From: an uncultured virus (IMG/VR IMGVR_UViG_3300030330_004305)
Lineage: Duplodnaviria > Heunggongvirae > Uroviricota > Caudoviricetes
DNA length: 64,000 nucleotides
Virus record (IMG/VR): IMGVR_UViG_3300030330_004305
Reading direction: 5' to 3' (one strand)
Part shown: positions 46,490 to 56,405 of the stretch, piece by piece
Numbering within the stretch: the first letter of the stretch is position 1
Layout: each line of letters begins with the position of its first letter
Program-made: the position numbers and the translations under genes
The notes under the pieces: model-generated
The model's database searches: none
The model's input: the letters and a program-made list of their open reading frames with translations, nothing else
Told to the model about the DNA's origin: nothing

Positions 46490-47169
46490 AGATTTTTGGA
46501 GACGGATTTTCCGTTGACGATATTAAAAGGTATGATAAACTATTAGATGGATTTACTAGTAACCCCAGCCTAATGAAAAAGCTAGGTGTTACAAATTATT
46601 TAGAGTATTGCAAAGAGATGTTGCAGGCCACAGAGAAGCCCGTATCTTTGGAAATTTTGTCTGATGATTACGATGAGATTATTAGGGAGGCAACAGTACT
46701 TCAAGAGCTTGGCGACAATGTGTATGTAAAAGTTCCGATTACAAACTCTCTCGGACACTCAAATTTGCCTTCTATATCACACTTAGTGGAGGTTGGTGTG
46801 AATGTTAATGTAACAGCAGTGTTTTCCTGTAGGCAGATCGACGACATTGTTGAAAGTCTGCCCATAGACAAAGGGTATATAATTTCAGTATTTGCTGGTA
46901 GGATTGCGGATTCGGGGGTTGATCCGCAGTCATATATAAAACATGCTGTCGCCAGAACAGCATCATGCCAAGCCGAGGTATTATGGGCAAGCACTAGAGA
47001 GGTTCTCAATATATGCCAAGCTAATAAATGCTCATGCGATATTATTACTGTGTCATACGCACTGTATCAGAAGTATATACAGAATTATGGAAAGGATCTT
47101 GACGACTTCTCCTTAGAAACAGTGAAAATCTTTAAGAGAGATGGTGATGAAAGTGGATATTCAATCTAA
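46486..47169 (+). CDS. transaldolase-family protein
   Basis: GFTSNPSL, NVYVKVP, NVTAVF, SVFAGRIAD, LWASTRE. Confidence 0.9.
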   Translation: MKIFGDGFSVDDIKRYDKLLDGFTSNPSLMKKLGVTNYLEYCKEMLQATEKPVSLEILSDDYDEIIREATVLQELGDNVYVKVPITNSLGHSNLPSISHLVEVGVNVNVTAVFSCRQIDDIVESLPIDKGYIISVFAGRIADSGVDPQSYIKHAVARTASCQAEVLWASTREVLNICQANKCSCDIITVSYALYQKYIQNYGKDLDDFSLETVKIFKRDGDESGYSI

Positions 47170-48886
47170 AGTTACTTTGGTCTTTCCGATGGCGGGTCAG
47201 GGGTCAAGGTTTCAGTATAAATTTAAGCCATTCCTGCAATTCTGTGGAAAAACATTTATAGAAAATGCAGTTGAGCCTTTTATAAAGTATAAGAGCAAAA
47301 TAGAAAGAGTTGTTTTTATATTTACGCAGGAGCAAGAGAAAGACAACGCAGTGTCTGCGTTCTTGACGGAGACATTTGGGAATATATTTAAGGTTGATTG
47401 CGTCATACTTCCAAAACAAACTGATAATCAATACCAAACCGTATCGCAAGGTTTGCTGAATAGTAAGGTGTCTGGCGAAATCATAGTTTGTGACTGTGAC
47501 CATAGATTAAACGTGGACTGCTTTTTTAGAGGGGACTTGGTTTCAAAATCAGAGTGTGTCGTGCCGGTGTGGAAGATAGATCTGGATGAAGTAAAGCATT
47601 GGTCAGTTATAGGTCTGAATAGAAATATGCAGCCAATATCAATAGCAGAAAAATCTGTGCCCTCTGAGGGGGAGACCTATTTTGGTTGTATTGGATGTAC
47701 CTACTTTAGAAATGCATCCAGTATGCTTGACGTAGATGACGATACTACCGCAGTGTCACAAGTAATACGGAAGATGATAGAGAAACGATGCGTAAGAATA
47801 GTCGAAATATATGAGGGGTATTTCTTCGGAGACCAAGAGAAGCTAAATAATCTAGAGGAGGAACGAGAATCATTGCTACTGTCTGCTGAGAATGTCTTCG
47901 ATCTAGAAGGAGGATCTTTAGCGAAAACGAGTATTGTTAAGCTATCGGGTGGCAAGATGGTGGTTAGAAAATCTGCCAACAAGAACTTCAAGATTGATTT
48001 GGGATACACTAAATTAAAACAGCAATACAATAGAATGCGTTTTTTATATAAACTAATGCCTCAAAATGTAGCACAACCCATACATGAGTTTGAGAACGAT
48101 GAGGTTTACTTCTATGATTTGGACTACTTGGCTGGATACAAGGAGTTGCACAAATTTAAAAAAGAGGAAATATCTACTTGTCTTGATAAAGTTCTGAAAA
48201 CACTTAATGATAACTGCTACAGCGGAGTAAACAGGGTTAGTCTACCGACTGACAATAGCTGGTTAGAAAACCATCTGGAGATTAAAGTTACGCCAAAGCT
48301 TGAGCAGGTTTCAAGAATAGGGAACCCATTCAACTCTATCGTTAATGGTGATATATTCTATGTGAACGGGTACTCCTGTTATGGGTTGAGGCACTCACTT
48401 GAAATGATCAAAAAATACCACGATTTATTACGCCCAAGGTTCCTTTGTGCGGTACACGGAGATTTGACATTTTCAAATATAATGTACAATGAAGAAGATT
48501 TCTACATAATAGATTCCGATGGTGCAGATCAATTCGACAACCCCATGCTGGATTTTGGTAAGCTGTGTCAATCAATATTAGGTAGATACGAGAAGTGGTG
48601 TAACGAGGACATAGCCGTTATTGAAAACAGTTCATACGACTTTGAAGCTCCTACGATCAGGACTTATAAGGAATTAGAGAGTTTAAGTGGCTTGACTGAA
48701 TATTGGTCTGCCATACTAAACGTGTCTGACACCGAGCTTAAACCTATGGCATATTTTTACTGTGGTTTACACTTCATAAGAATGATACCGTTTAGATTAG
48801 AAGTCGGTCGTGAGCAAGCGTTGTATGCTTTAATTTTAGCTGGGTTTTATCTTTCAAAGGCATTCGATAAACTAGAAAGAGAATAA
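47141..48886 (+). CDS. sugar nucleotidyltransferase fused to APH/choline-kinase-like domain
   Basis: PMAGQGSRF..KPF and CDCD in the N-half; HGDLTFSNI, IID, DFGKL in the C-half. Confidence 0.82.
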   Translation: MVMKVDIQSKVTLVFPMAGQGSRFQYKFKPFLQFCGKTFIENAVEPFIKYKSKIERVVFIFTQEQEKDNAVSAFLTETFGNIFKVDCVILPKQTDNQYQTVSQGLLNSKVSGEIIVCDCDHRLNVDCFFRGDLVSKSECVVPVWKIDLDEVKHWSVIGLNRNMQPISIAEKSVPSEGETYFGCIGCTYFRNASSMLDVDDDTTAVSQVIRKMIEKRCVRIVEIYEGYFFGDQEKLNNLEEERESLLLSAENVFDLEGGSLAKTSIVKLSGGKMVVRKSANKNFKIDLGYTKLKQQYNRMRFLYKLMPQNVAQPIHEFENDEVYFYDLDYLAGYKELHKFKKEEISTCLDKVLKTLNDNCYSGVNRVSLPTDNSWLENHLEIKVTPKLEQVSRIGNPFNSIVNGDIFYVNGYSCYGLRHSLEMIKKYHDLLRPRFLCAVHGDLTFSNIMYNEEDFYIIDSDGADQFDNPMLDFGKLCQSILGRYEKWCNEDIAVIENSSYDFEAPTIRTYKELESLSGLTEYWSAILNVSDTELKPMAYFYCGLHFIRMIPFRLEVGREQALYALILAGFYLSKAFDKLERE

Positions 48887-48940
48887 ATAAGGTGTATATA
48901 TAAATGGTATAGTTCTTTAATTTAAAGAAAGGGGACAAGT

Positions 48941-49867
48941 ATGAGCGACTTTAACACTCCAGACGAGCTTATCAAAGCTTATGAGGATGGGTTTGTTGGT
49001 GGTGAATGTGACCCAGAAGATGTAATGGCATTGTTAGGAGAATTACCAATGCCTTTGTTCGGTGCTGCTGCGTGGGACTTAGATTCTTCAGGTGCTGGAA
49101 AATTAAGCACACCATTTAAATCTTTACTAAAATTTGTTAAAGATTTTGGACCTTCTGAAAGACAAACTACGGGAGACTGTGTTTCTCACTCAACAAGAAA
49201 TGCCGTGGATATTACAAGGGCAGTTGAGATAGACATAAAAGGAGAAGCCGAGTCTTTTGAAGCCCGTGGAGCCACTGAGGGGATATATCAGTCCAGAGGA
49301 CATATGGGGCAAGGTATGACATGTTCTGGTTCTGCTAGATATGTCAATAAAACAGGTGGAATATTGTTAAGAAAAAATTATGGAGATGTTGACTTATCAA
49401 AATATAATTCTACTCTAGGTGCTAAGAAAAGAATACCTAATGACATTTATGTTACAGAAGCTAAAAAGCATCAAGTAAAAACTATTTCTCTTGTAACTAC
49501 TATAGAAGAAGCAAGGGATGCCCTTGCTAACGGCTACGCTTTGTCGTGCTGTAGTCAAGTCGGATTTACTTCTATGAGAGATAAAAATGGAATATCCAAT
49601 AGAAAAGGATCTTGGGCACACGCTATGGCATGGATTGCGTGCGATGACACTCGTAAAGTATACGATGAAACCTTGTTCCTAATACAGAATAGCTGGGGCA
49701 AATGGAATAGTGGCCCCAAGGTTCATGGTCAACCAGACGGAAGCTTCTGGGTTAGAGAAAAAGATGCAAGGTCTATATTGAATGCAAGAGGTTCTTTTGT
49801 ATTTAGTGATGTTGATGGTTTTCCTGCAAGACAATTGCCTGATTATGGCTTAGGAGGGTGGGTATAA
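48941..49867 (+). CDS. papain-like (C1) cysteine peptidase
   Basis: QTTGDCVSH (Q/C), WAHAM (H), IQNSWG (N). Confidence 0.82.
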   Translation: MSDFNTPDELIKAYEDGFVGGECDPEDVMALLGELPMPLFGAAAWDLDSSGAGKLSTPFKSLLKFVKDFGPSERQTTGDCVSHSTRNAVDITRAVEIDIKGEAESFEARGATEGIYQSRGHMGQGMTCSGSARYVNKTGGILLRKNYGDVDLSKYNSTLGAKKRIPNDIYVTEAKKHQVKTISLVTTIEEARDALANGYALSCCSQVGFTSMRDKNGISNRKGSWAHAMAWIACDDTRKVYDETLFLIQNSWGKWNSGPKVHGQPDGSFWVREKDARSILNARGSFVFSDVDGFPARQLPDYGLGGWV

Positions 49868-50706
49868 TGAAAGATATTGATATAAGAATCTGGTTGGGGA
49901 TTATACTTCTTCTTGTAGGGTTATTCTACAAAGGTGGTTTCCCAATAAATATTCCAGTTGTAAAGCCTAAATTACCTGCACCAGAACAATCAATTATTGA
50001 TTTAGTTGATACCCTTCCGAATATAGGCGATCCTGTTGACGCAAATAAACTTGCGGGTACTTTTTACGCTATGTCGCAAAAAATTCCAGAAATGGAAATT
50101 AATTCCAACCTACAGGTTCAATATTTTTTGGATTATGTTGGTACAAATACCATAAAAGATGAATTATTTCAAGATGGTGAAAAAAAATATCCAGATTTTT
50201 CTCCTGCTGCTGCAAATTTGATAGAAAAAACTATTGGTCCTCAAACAGAAACTGAGGCTCTTACAGATGAAGAAAAACAAAATTTGTCAAAGTTGTTGTA
50301 CGGATTTGCTTGGAAAATGTATGATAAAAATCAAGATAATGTATTTGAATCTTATAAATCTAAAGCTCTTTCCTCAATCGCAGAGTATAATAAAGAAGAC
50401 GAAACACCTGATCCAGAACCAGACACAGACTGTCCGTGTGAAGGTAAAGGTTATATAATACATGGAGATGGTCATCGCACAGATTGTCCATGCATAGAGT
50501 CTGGAAAAAAGTGTGAATGTAATCCAAAATGTGGTAGCGTAAAGGCTTCAGACGAGATACAGTGCCAATGTGTTTCAAAAGAAAGAAAAACCAAATGTGG
50601 TTGCGTTAAAGCATATGGAAAATGTTCCTGTCCTAAGTCATCATCAGAAAATGTGAAAAATAAATGCTCTTTTGTTAGAGGTATATTTGGATGGAGAAAA
50701 ATATGA
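49867..50706 (+). CDS. membrane-anchored protein with Cys-rich C-terminal domain
   Basis: N-terminal TM; CPCEGKG..HGDGHRTDCPC and further CxC motifs. Confidence 0.65.
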   Translation: MKDIDIRIWLGIILLLVGLFYKGGFPINIPVVKPKLPAPEQSIIDLVDTLPNIGDPVDANKLAGTFYAMSQKIPEMEINSNLQVQYFLDYVGTNTIKDELFQDGEKKYPDFSPAAANLIEKTIGPQTETEALTDEEKQNLSKLLYGFAWKMYDKNQDNVFESYKSKALSSIAEYNKEDETPDPEPDTDCPCEGKGYIIHGDGHRTDCPCIESGKKCECNPKCGSVKASDEIQCQCVSKERKTKCGCVKAYGKCSCPKSSSENVKNKCSFVRGIFGWRKI

Positions 50707-51059
50707 AACTAGAAGAATATGTTTCGCAGTTAGCGTGGATGGTTCATAATGATGTAAAGATTAAAGCGAGAAAAGATGAATATAAAATTGATCCACTAAC
50801 GGTCATCACTATCATAAGTCTTATCTTGGAAGTAGTAAAATGGTTCATCAAAAATTATGGTGACAACCCTGAAAAATTAGCTGAATCATTTGGGAATATG
50901 AATTTAGTCCAGAAATGGATAGTCTGGAGATGTATAAGAAGGGAGTCTGACGATAGACAAGAGGCTCGTTATATTTATGATTCTTTGGTAAAACTATCAG
51001 AGAAAATGTCTCTAGAAGACCGTGTTAAACTTTTTACCCTAAAGGAGAGTGAACTATGA
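50703..51059 (+). CDS. hypothetical protein
   Basis: IDPLTVITIISLILEVVK; GGAG RBS. Confidence 0.6.
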   Translation: MKLEEYVSQLAWMVHNDVKIKARKDEYKIDPLTVITIISLILEVVKWFIKNYGDNPEKLAESFGNMNLVQKWIVWRCIRRESDDRQEARYIYDSLVKLSEKMSLEDRVKLFTLKESEL

Positions 51060-51232
51060 ACAAAGTTACTTCACTTTTGAAATCCAGACGTTTCTGGGTA
51101 GCCGCTGCTGGCCTTGCCGCTGTGTGCTCTCAAGAAGCATTTGGTGTGGAGCTTGATACCGATCAACTTGTTGCTGTCGCAACAATTGTAGTTGCTTGGA
51201 TTGTCGGTGACACTGTACGCGAAACTAAGTAA
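51056..51232 (+). CDS. 58-aa holin-like two-TM protein (not in ORF track)
   Basis: MNKVTSLLKSRRFWVAAAG...VAWIVGDTVRETK*; AAGGAG RBS; SRxFW motif. Confidence 0.7.
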   Translation: MNKVTSLLKSRRFWVAAAGLAAVCSQEAFGVELDTDQLVAVATIVVAWIVGDTVRETK

Positions 51233-51254
51233 TTATTGATCAAGGAGAAACGAT

Positions 51255-51572
51255 ATGGAAACAGTATTGAGTTTCTTTAGAGGGCTTGATGCTTTTCAAT
51301 GGGTTTTGATAGTTGCGGGTCTTGTTCTTTTGTGGCCAACCATTCAAGAACGACTTGTTAAATTGTTTACGAAAACAGAAAATGAAACAGAAGATGTTGA
51401 AGTTCCTGTTATCGACAATAAGACAATTAAAAAAGACGACCTTACATCTTTAGTTTATAAATGGGAAGTTCTATATGAATCTTGCCGTCAGCATGATCTT
51501 AACGATGCTTGCAATAAATTAAAAGAAGTGTTTCCAATGCTAATCAAGCCTTACGAAAAATATGATGCTTGA
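51255..51572 (+). CDS. membrane-anchored hypothetical protein
   Basis: AAGGAG RBS; N-terminal TM. Confidence 0.6.
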   Translation: METVLSFFRGLDAFQWVLIVAGLVLLWPTIQERLVKLFTKTENETEDVEVPVIDNKTIKKDDLTSLVYKWEVLYESCRQHDLNDACNKLKEVFPMLIKPYEKYDA

Positions 51573-51591
51573 TCAATTTTACACATAGAAT

Positions 51592-51635
51592 GAGCTATCA
51601 TGATATCTTTATGGTGTCGTGAATAGCTCTTTTTT
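51592..51635 (+). terminator. intrinsic terminator
   Basis: GAGCTAT-CATGATATC...GGTGTCGTG-ATAGCTC then T run. Confidence 0.75.
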
Positions 51636-51668
51636 ATTTATAACTCAAAAAATAAAATTAAATGCAAA

Positions 51669-52202
51669 ATGAATCACAAGCCATGTTTAATATTAAACCA
51701 AGACTACACACCACTGACTATAATAAACTGGAAAAGATCAATATGCTTAGAAATAATAGGAAATGAAATGCCCGGAGAGGGTGTCATTGTTTTAGAACAT
51801 TACGAAGATGATTTCGTAAAGTCTAGCGGTGGTATTAAATATTTTATACCTGCGGTGGCAGTAACATCAAGGTATATCAAAAGACAAAGGAACATTAAAT
51901 TAAAAAAAACAAATTTATTAATAAGAGACAATTCAACATGTCAGTATTGCAATTTAAAACTTTCTGCAAAAAATACAACGATAGACCATGTAAAGCCTAA
52001 AAGTCACTTTCAAACAAAAGAAGATGCTCATACTTGGGATAATGTAGTCATAGCTTGCTCCAGATGCAATACAAAGAAGGCAAATAAAACATTAGAACAA
52101 TCAGGCATGAAATTATTAAAACAGCCTAGAAAGCCAAACCCGAATAACTTTTTTTCATTCTTAAACTTTCCTATTCCAGAAGAATGGAGCATTTATGTTT
52201 GA
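51669..52202 (+). CDS. HNH endonuclease
   Basis: LILNQDY.P, RDNSTCQYC, TIDHVKP, WDNVVIACSRCN. Confidence 0.92.
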   Translation: MNHKPCLILNQDYTPLTIINWKRSICLEIIGNEMPGEGVIVLEHYEDDFVKSSGGIKYFIPAVAVTSRYIKRQRNIKLKKTNLLIRDNSTCQYCNLKLSAKNTTIDHVKPKSHFQTKEDAHTWDNVVIACSRCNTKKANKTLEQSGMKLLKQPRKPNPNNFFSFLNFPIPEEWSIYV

Positions 52203-52407
52203 GACTAGACGTTGTGATAATTGTAAACGTATGCTAGAGCATGGCCAAAAAGTGACAGTGATTATACCCGATGTGGAATTAGAAGGAAGATATATAAAAA
52301 ATCGTGAAGGATTTAATTTAAAACTATCCAACGATGGTGTTGAAATTAGAACCTCTAAGGTATATTGTAAGGAATGTTTAGACATTAAAAAACATTTCCC
52401 GGAATAA
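52195..52407 (+). CDS. small Zn-binding protein
   Basis: CDNC...YCKEC. Confidence 0.6.
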   Translation: MFETRRCDNCKRMLEHGQKVTVIIPDVELEGRYIKNREGFNLKLSNDGVEIRTSKVYCKECLDIKKHFPE

Positions 52408-52479
52408 AAGTGGAAATTTAATAACAAACGTCATATAAAATAAAAATATTAGTGTAAACAAGGATATTAAGGAGTAAAA

Positions 52480-52860
52480 ATGCCAGAATATAGTTTTAAT
52501 TGTTCAGAATGCGATTTAGCTTTTTCTGAGGTTTGGCCAATATCAGAGTATCATTGTAAAATAAACAAAGTGATTTGTCCAAAATGCCAAAGCAGCAATG
52601 TTTTTAGAGACTTTGCAGAAGATAGAGTGGTTGCAAATTATGTTAAAGGTCTTCATGAAGCCTCAACACTTGGAGAATACGCCGATAAACAAGTTAAAAA
52701 ATTAGGCAAGTCTAAGGTTGAGCAAATGAGAAGAGACCAAAAAACCAAAAAGAAGAAAACACTTGAGAGTAAACTTCCGAGTGGCATGAGCAAAACTTCT
52801 TATGAAAATACTGCAAGAATTTCAAAATCAGAAATGTTAAAAAGAAGGAATGGTAAATGA
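52480..52860 (+). CDS. FmdB-family Zn-ribbon protein
   Basis: MPEYSFNCSEC...CPKCQS. Confidence 0.75.
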   Translation: MPEYSFNCSECDLAFSEVWPISEYHCKINKVICPKCQSSNVFRDFAEDRVVANYVKGLHEASTLGEYADKQVKKLGKSKVEQMRRDQKTKKKKTLESKLPSGMSKTSYENTARISKSEMLKRRNGK

Positions 52861-53252
52861 CAACTTTTAAAATCAACAAAGAGCGTGAAGATGATGTTCT
52901 TCCCGATGCAGAAGTGTACACCTTTTCAGGTGAGCATGATATGATTAACGGTGAAGGGTATCCTGTCTTAGATTTGTCGTATGAAGATGATATATTTCAA
53001 GACCCAGATGCATACGCAGTCAAAATAACAAAAGGTCAAAAAATAAATTACTATGTAAAAAGAGGAAAGTATGGTAAGCTTTTCAATCCAATTGGAATGT
53101 ATTCTGAAGGCAGGAAGAGACAACAAATGCGTCACGCAGGAAGACCAGAATGGAGACTTGAGCATACGACAGAAAAAATATTTAACTACTACATCAATTT
53201 TCTAAAAACTAAAAATTTGGCATGGCTAAACAATGCAGAGAGGGAAGTATAA
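52857..53252 (+). CDS. hypothetical protein
   Basis: GKLFNPIG; FNYYINFLKTKN.AWL..AER. Confidence 0.65.
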   Translation: MTTFKINKEREDDVLPDAEVYTFSGEHDMINGEGYPVLDLSYEDDIFQDPDAYAVKITKGQKINYYVKRGKYGKLFNPIGMYSEGRKRQQMRHAGRPEWRLEHTTEKIFNYYINFLKTKNLAWLNNAEREV

Positions 53253-53596
53253 TGAGCAAAGGAAAAGTAACAGAACAAGAAGCTTGGGTTATGAAGGGTA
53301 TGTACAGCGATGGTATTTCAATTAAAGAAATATCTAAAAGGCTTTCACGTTCACAGTCTACAGTAGAAAAATATTTAGACATAAAAGAACAAGAGCAAGA
53401 AGAGCCAGTAAAAGAACATAACAAAAATGATACAACTATGTTTGTTCGCAGTTCAGCAGCAAAAAATAATAACGGTGTTACTATAATGACCGATGCAGAA
53501 TCTTCAAGATCAGATTTTATGAGAGGCAAAAGACCGAGTACAATTGGCAATAAGCTTCAAAGCAATATTCATAAAATCTCGGAAGAAGATGGCTAA
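53252..53596 (+). CDS. HTH DNA-binding protein
   Basis: GISIKEISKRLSRSQSTVEKYL. Confidence 0.75.
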   Translation: MSKGKVTEQEAWVMKGMYSDGISIKEISKRLSRSQSTVEKYLDIKEQEQEEPVKEHNKNDTTMFVRSSAAKNNNGVTIMTDAESSRSDFMRGKRPSTIGNKLQSNIHKISEEDG

Positions 53597-54023
53597 AAAA
53601 AGAACTGAAAAAAGTAAATACCCATCACGTTACTCTCCTAACGGGTGGGTACATGCTGCTCAATATATCACAGAACTGATCTGTGAGAAGAAAGCACAAA
53701 TTGATAAAAAAGAACTCCCACTAAAATTTTGGGAGTTAAAAGAGTGGCTAAAATTCTATAGATATCAAATCACATTGGCCAACAAACTCATAAAAGAGTA
53801 TGGAGAACATGTGATAATATCTGCTTTAAGAGACAAGAGAATGTGGAAGACATATTCTTTAAGAAGTCCTTTTTTAAAAAATGTAATCGAAGAGTATAAA
53901 AATAAACAGGAATTGGCTATGAAAATAGCTAAAGAAGTTGAATATGATTTCTCAGAGAAGAAAACATTTGAATCTAGTAACAAGAAAAAATCAATCATAT
54001 CAAAACTTAGGGATTTAGAATGA
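53589..54023 (+). CDS. hypothetical replication-module protein
   Basis: AAQYITELIC; YSLRSP; coupled to recA. Confidence 0.6.
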   Translation: MAKKRTEKSKYPSRYSPNGWVHAAQYITELICEKKAQIDKKELPLKFWELKEWLKFYRYQITLANKLIKEYGEHVIISALRDKRMWKTYSLRSPFLKNVIEEYKNKQELAMKIAKEVEYDFSEKKTFESSNKKKSIISKLRDLE

Positions 54024-55012
54024 GTGAAAAAGATATACTAAAAGAATATGGCCAAGTTTTACTGGAAGCGTCTTACATTGTAGATAATCCACCTCCTGTA
54101 ATATCTGTAACGCCAAAAATAGATATTGCTTTAGGTGGTGGCGTACCAGAGGGTTGCCTGTTTATTATGACAGGTCCAGAAAAAATCGGAAAAACGGTAC
54201 ATGCATTACAATTTTGTAAAAACGCTCAACAAGTAAAACTAGAAAACGACGAGAATAGAAAAGTATATTATGGAAACATTGAAGGAAGATTAAAGAAAAG
54301 AGATCTTGAAGGAATTAGGGGTCTTGATTTTTCTGAAGACATGCTGAAAATAGTGGGTTCTACAAAAGGCAATATATTGTCTGGTGAAAAGTATCTGGCT
54401 ATATTTGACAATATTATTCACAATGAACCACATGCTGTTTGTGTGATTGATTCATTCTCTGCATTAGCTGCTGAATCAGAACTTGTGGGCGATATTACAG
54501 ACCACCAAGTAGCTGCTATGAACCGCTACCTTAGTAAATTTACAAGGCGTTTTGCAAACGTACTTCCAATTAACAGGGTAACATTGGTTGGCATAACACA
54601 CTTGATGGCAAACATTCAAAAGTTTGGAGCGGGAAAAAGTAAAATAGAAAAGTCTGGCAACGCACTTAAATATGCACAAGATGTAAAGCTATGGGCTACT
54701 CATAAAGAACCTTTGAAACAAGGTGAAACTCAAATAGGACAAAAGGTTCACTGGATTGTGGAAAATTCTGCGATTGGTGCTCCGGGCCAAAAGGTTACGA
54801 GTATAATTAAATACGGTCATGGCATATGGAACGAATATGAACTAGCTGAATTAGCAAAAGACTTTGGAATTGTAGAAGGAAAAACTTGGATGACATTACC
54901 AAATGGTGAAAAAGTTCAAGGCATGTCAAACTTTGCTACTTACTTAGAAGAAAATCAAACTTACTATGAAGAACTTAGGCAGCAAGTTTTTGAAATGATA
55001 GGCATGGTATGA
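54020..55012 (+). CDS. recA: RecA/UvsX-like recombinase
   Basis: DIALGGGVPEG, GPEKIGKT, VIDSFSAL, SGNALKYA, IKYGHGI. Confidence 0.9.
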   Translation: MSEKDILKEYGQVLLEASYIVDNPPPVISVTPKIDIALGGGVPEGCLFIMTGPEKIGKTVHALQFCKNAQQVKLENDENRKVYYGNIEGRLKKRDLEGIRGLDFSEDMLKIVGSTKGNILSGEKYLAIFDNIIHNEPHAVCVIDSFSALAAESELVGDITDHQVAAMNRYLSKFTRRFANVLPINRVTLVGITHLMANIQKFGAGKSKIEKSGNALKYAQDVKLWATHKEPLKQGETQIGQKVHWIVENSAIGAPGQKVTSIIKYGHGIWNEYELAELAKDFGIVEGKTWMTLPNGEKVQGMSNFATYLEENQTYYEELRQQVFEMIGMV

Positions 55013-55419
55013 AAATAAAAGATTTGTATGGCAATATTTCTTCTTGGAAAATAAGTGGAGATATAGTTACTGCCAAAGATAATCGTTCTAGATCTAAGCT
55101 TCATACTCAAGCCAGAAAGATTTTATATGAGCTATTTCCAACTATGCAAATTCTGGAAGAAGTTTCAATTAAACCAAGAGGCTCTAAAACTCAGTATCTA
55201 GATTTTTATATTAATCAAATTAAATTAGCAGTAGAAGTTCATGGTCAACAGCATTATAAATTTAATACTATGTTTCATGCATCTGCACAAGATTTTTTAA
55301 ATCAAAGAAAAAATGATGCTGATAAAAAAGACTGGTGTGATTTAAATAATATAACATATGTCGAGCTTGCTTACAATGAAAAGGCAGAGGAATGGAAAAA
55401 GAAAATTCAGGACCGCTAG
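55009..55419 (+). CDS. Vsr/DUF559-like endonuclease
   Basis: YLDFYI..KLAVEVHGQQHY, D..KKDWC..NNI. Confidence 0.8.
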   Translation: MKIKDLYGNISSWKISGDIVTAKDNRSRSKLHTQARKILYELFPTMQILEEVSIKPRGSKTQYLDFYINQIKLAVEVHGQQHYKFNTMFHASAQDFLNQRKNDADKKDWCDLNNITYVELAYNEKAEEWKKKIQDR

Positions 55420-55880
55420 ACCAAATGAAAATTTTGGACAGTGCTTTAGATGAATACGAGAGTAAGATTGGATTGCCGCTGTTTGCAGAAAATTCTACTG
55501 ATGAAAGTGAAGTTCAAAAATACTTATCAATGTCTAGAGAACAAATGGAAAGATTAAGTCTTGAAGATTGTGCTCAAGCAGCAATTTTGCTTGGTTCTTT
55601 TTCTTTTCATATCCAAAGATGCCATAATAGAGAATCTGCTAGAGTTAAATGGGCTGACAATAGATTAAAGGCTTTGGTGTCTGGCAAAGAACAACAATAC
55701 AGAGGCTCTTGGGATAGCCAGTTTAATCAAGCTGTAAAGGATGATGATTTTGCCAGAGGGTTACTTAAACTTAAAAACTATGCACAACAACGTGCTGATA
55801 GACTAACATACTTATCGACATCTGTAAAAAATATTAGCGACTTGTTCGTTAATCTACAAAGAGCAAAGGTAATGAAATGA
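55392..55880 (+). CDS. helical protein, possible UvsY-like recombination mediator
   Basis: All-helical, near recA; inference from position only. Confidence 0.45.
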   Translation: MEKENSGPLDQMKILDSALDEYESKIGLPLFAENSTDESEVQKYLSMSREQMERLSLEDCAQAAILLGSFSFHIQRCHNRESARVKWADNRLKALVSGKEQQYRGSWDSQFNQAVKDDDFARGLLKLKNYAQQRADRLTYLSTSVKNISDLFVNLQRAKVMK

Positions 55881-56404
55881 GTAAAAAAGCATTGATAAAA
55901 AAACTATTAGAAAAGCTAAGTGAAGAAGATCTAGCTGAACTTTTAGGAGATGATGAAGAAAATTCAGAAGAAGAAGTACAGCAAGAAAAAGAAGATGTAG
56001 TAGAAGAACCTTCTCATATTCATACAACACAAAATAATAATCCTAGCAGTAGGAATAAAAATTTAGGTAAGAAGTCTGGAAAAAAATCTAAAAGAAGACA
56101 TAGCTCAAAAGGTAAGGCTTGCAGAGTTTTACCTATGAATATTGATAATCAAAGGCCAAATAAATTTGAAGAAATGATTTCTAAAGCGGGACTAGATCCA
56201 AGCGAACAAAGAGAGCTTGCCTCTGCGTCACAAATGGATGAAAATGCTAGAACAAATAGGACATCATTCAAAAAAACATCAAGAGGTTCTACGCTAGTTG
56301 ATGTAGAGTGTTCTGTTTGTGGTCAAGAAGAAACAATTTCTGCATCTTTAGTGGCAGATTTTAATCGTTGGAAATGTAACTCTTGTTGTTGTCAGGCTGG
56401 TTAA
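55877..56404 (+). CDS. protein with C-terminal Zn ribbon
   Basis: CSVCG...WKCNSC; acidic and basic low-complexity N-half. Confidence 0.6.
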   Translation: MSKKALIKKLLEKLSEEDLAELLGDDEENSEEEVQQEKEDVVEEPSHIHTTQNNNPSSRNKNLGKKSGKKSKRRHSSKGKACRVLPMNIDNQRPNKFEEMISKAGLDPSEQRELASASQMDENARTNRTSFKKTSRGSTLVDVECSVCGQEETISASLVADFNRWKCNSCCCQAG

Positions 56405-56405
56405 A

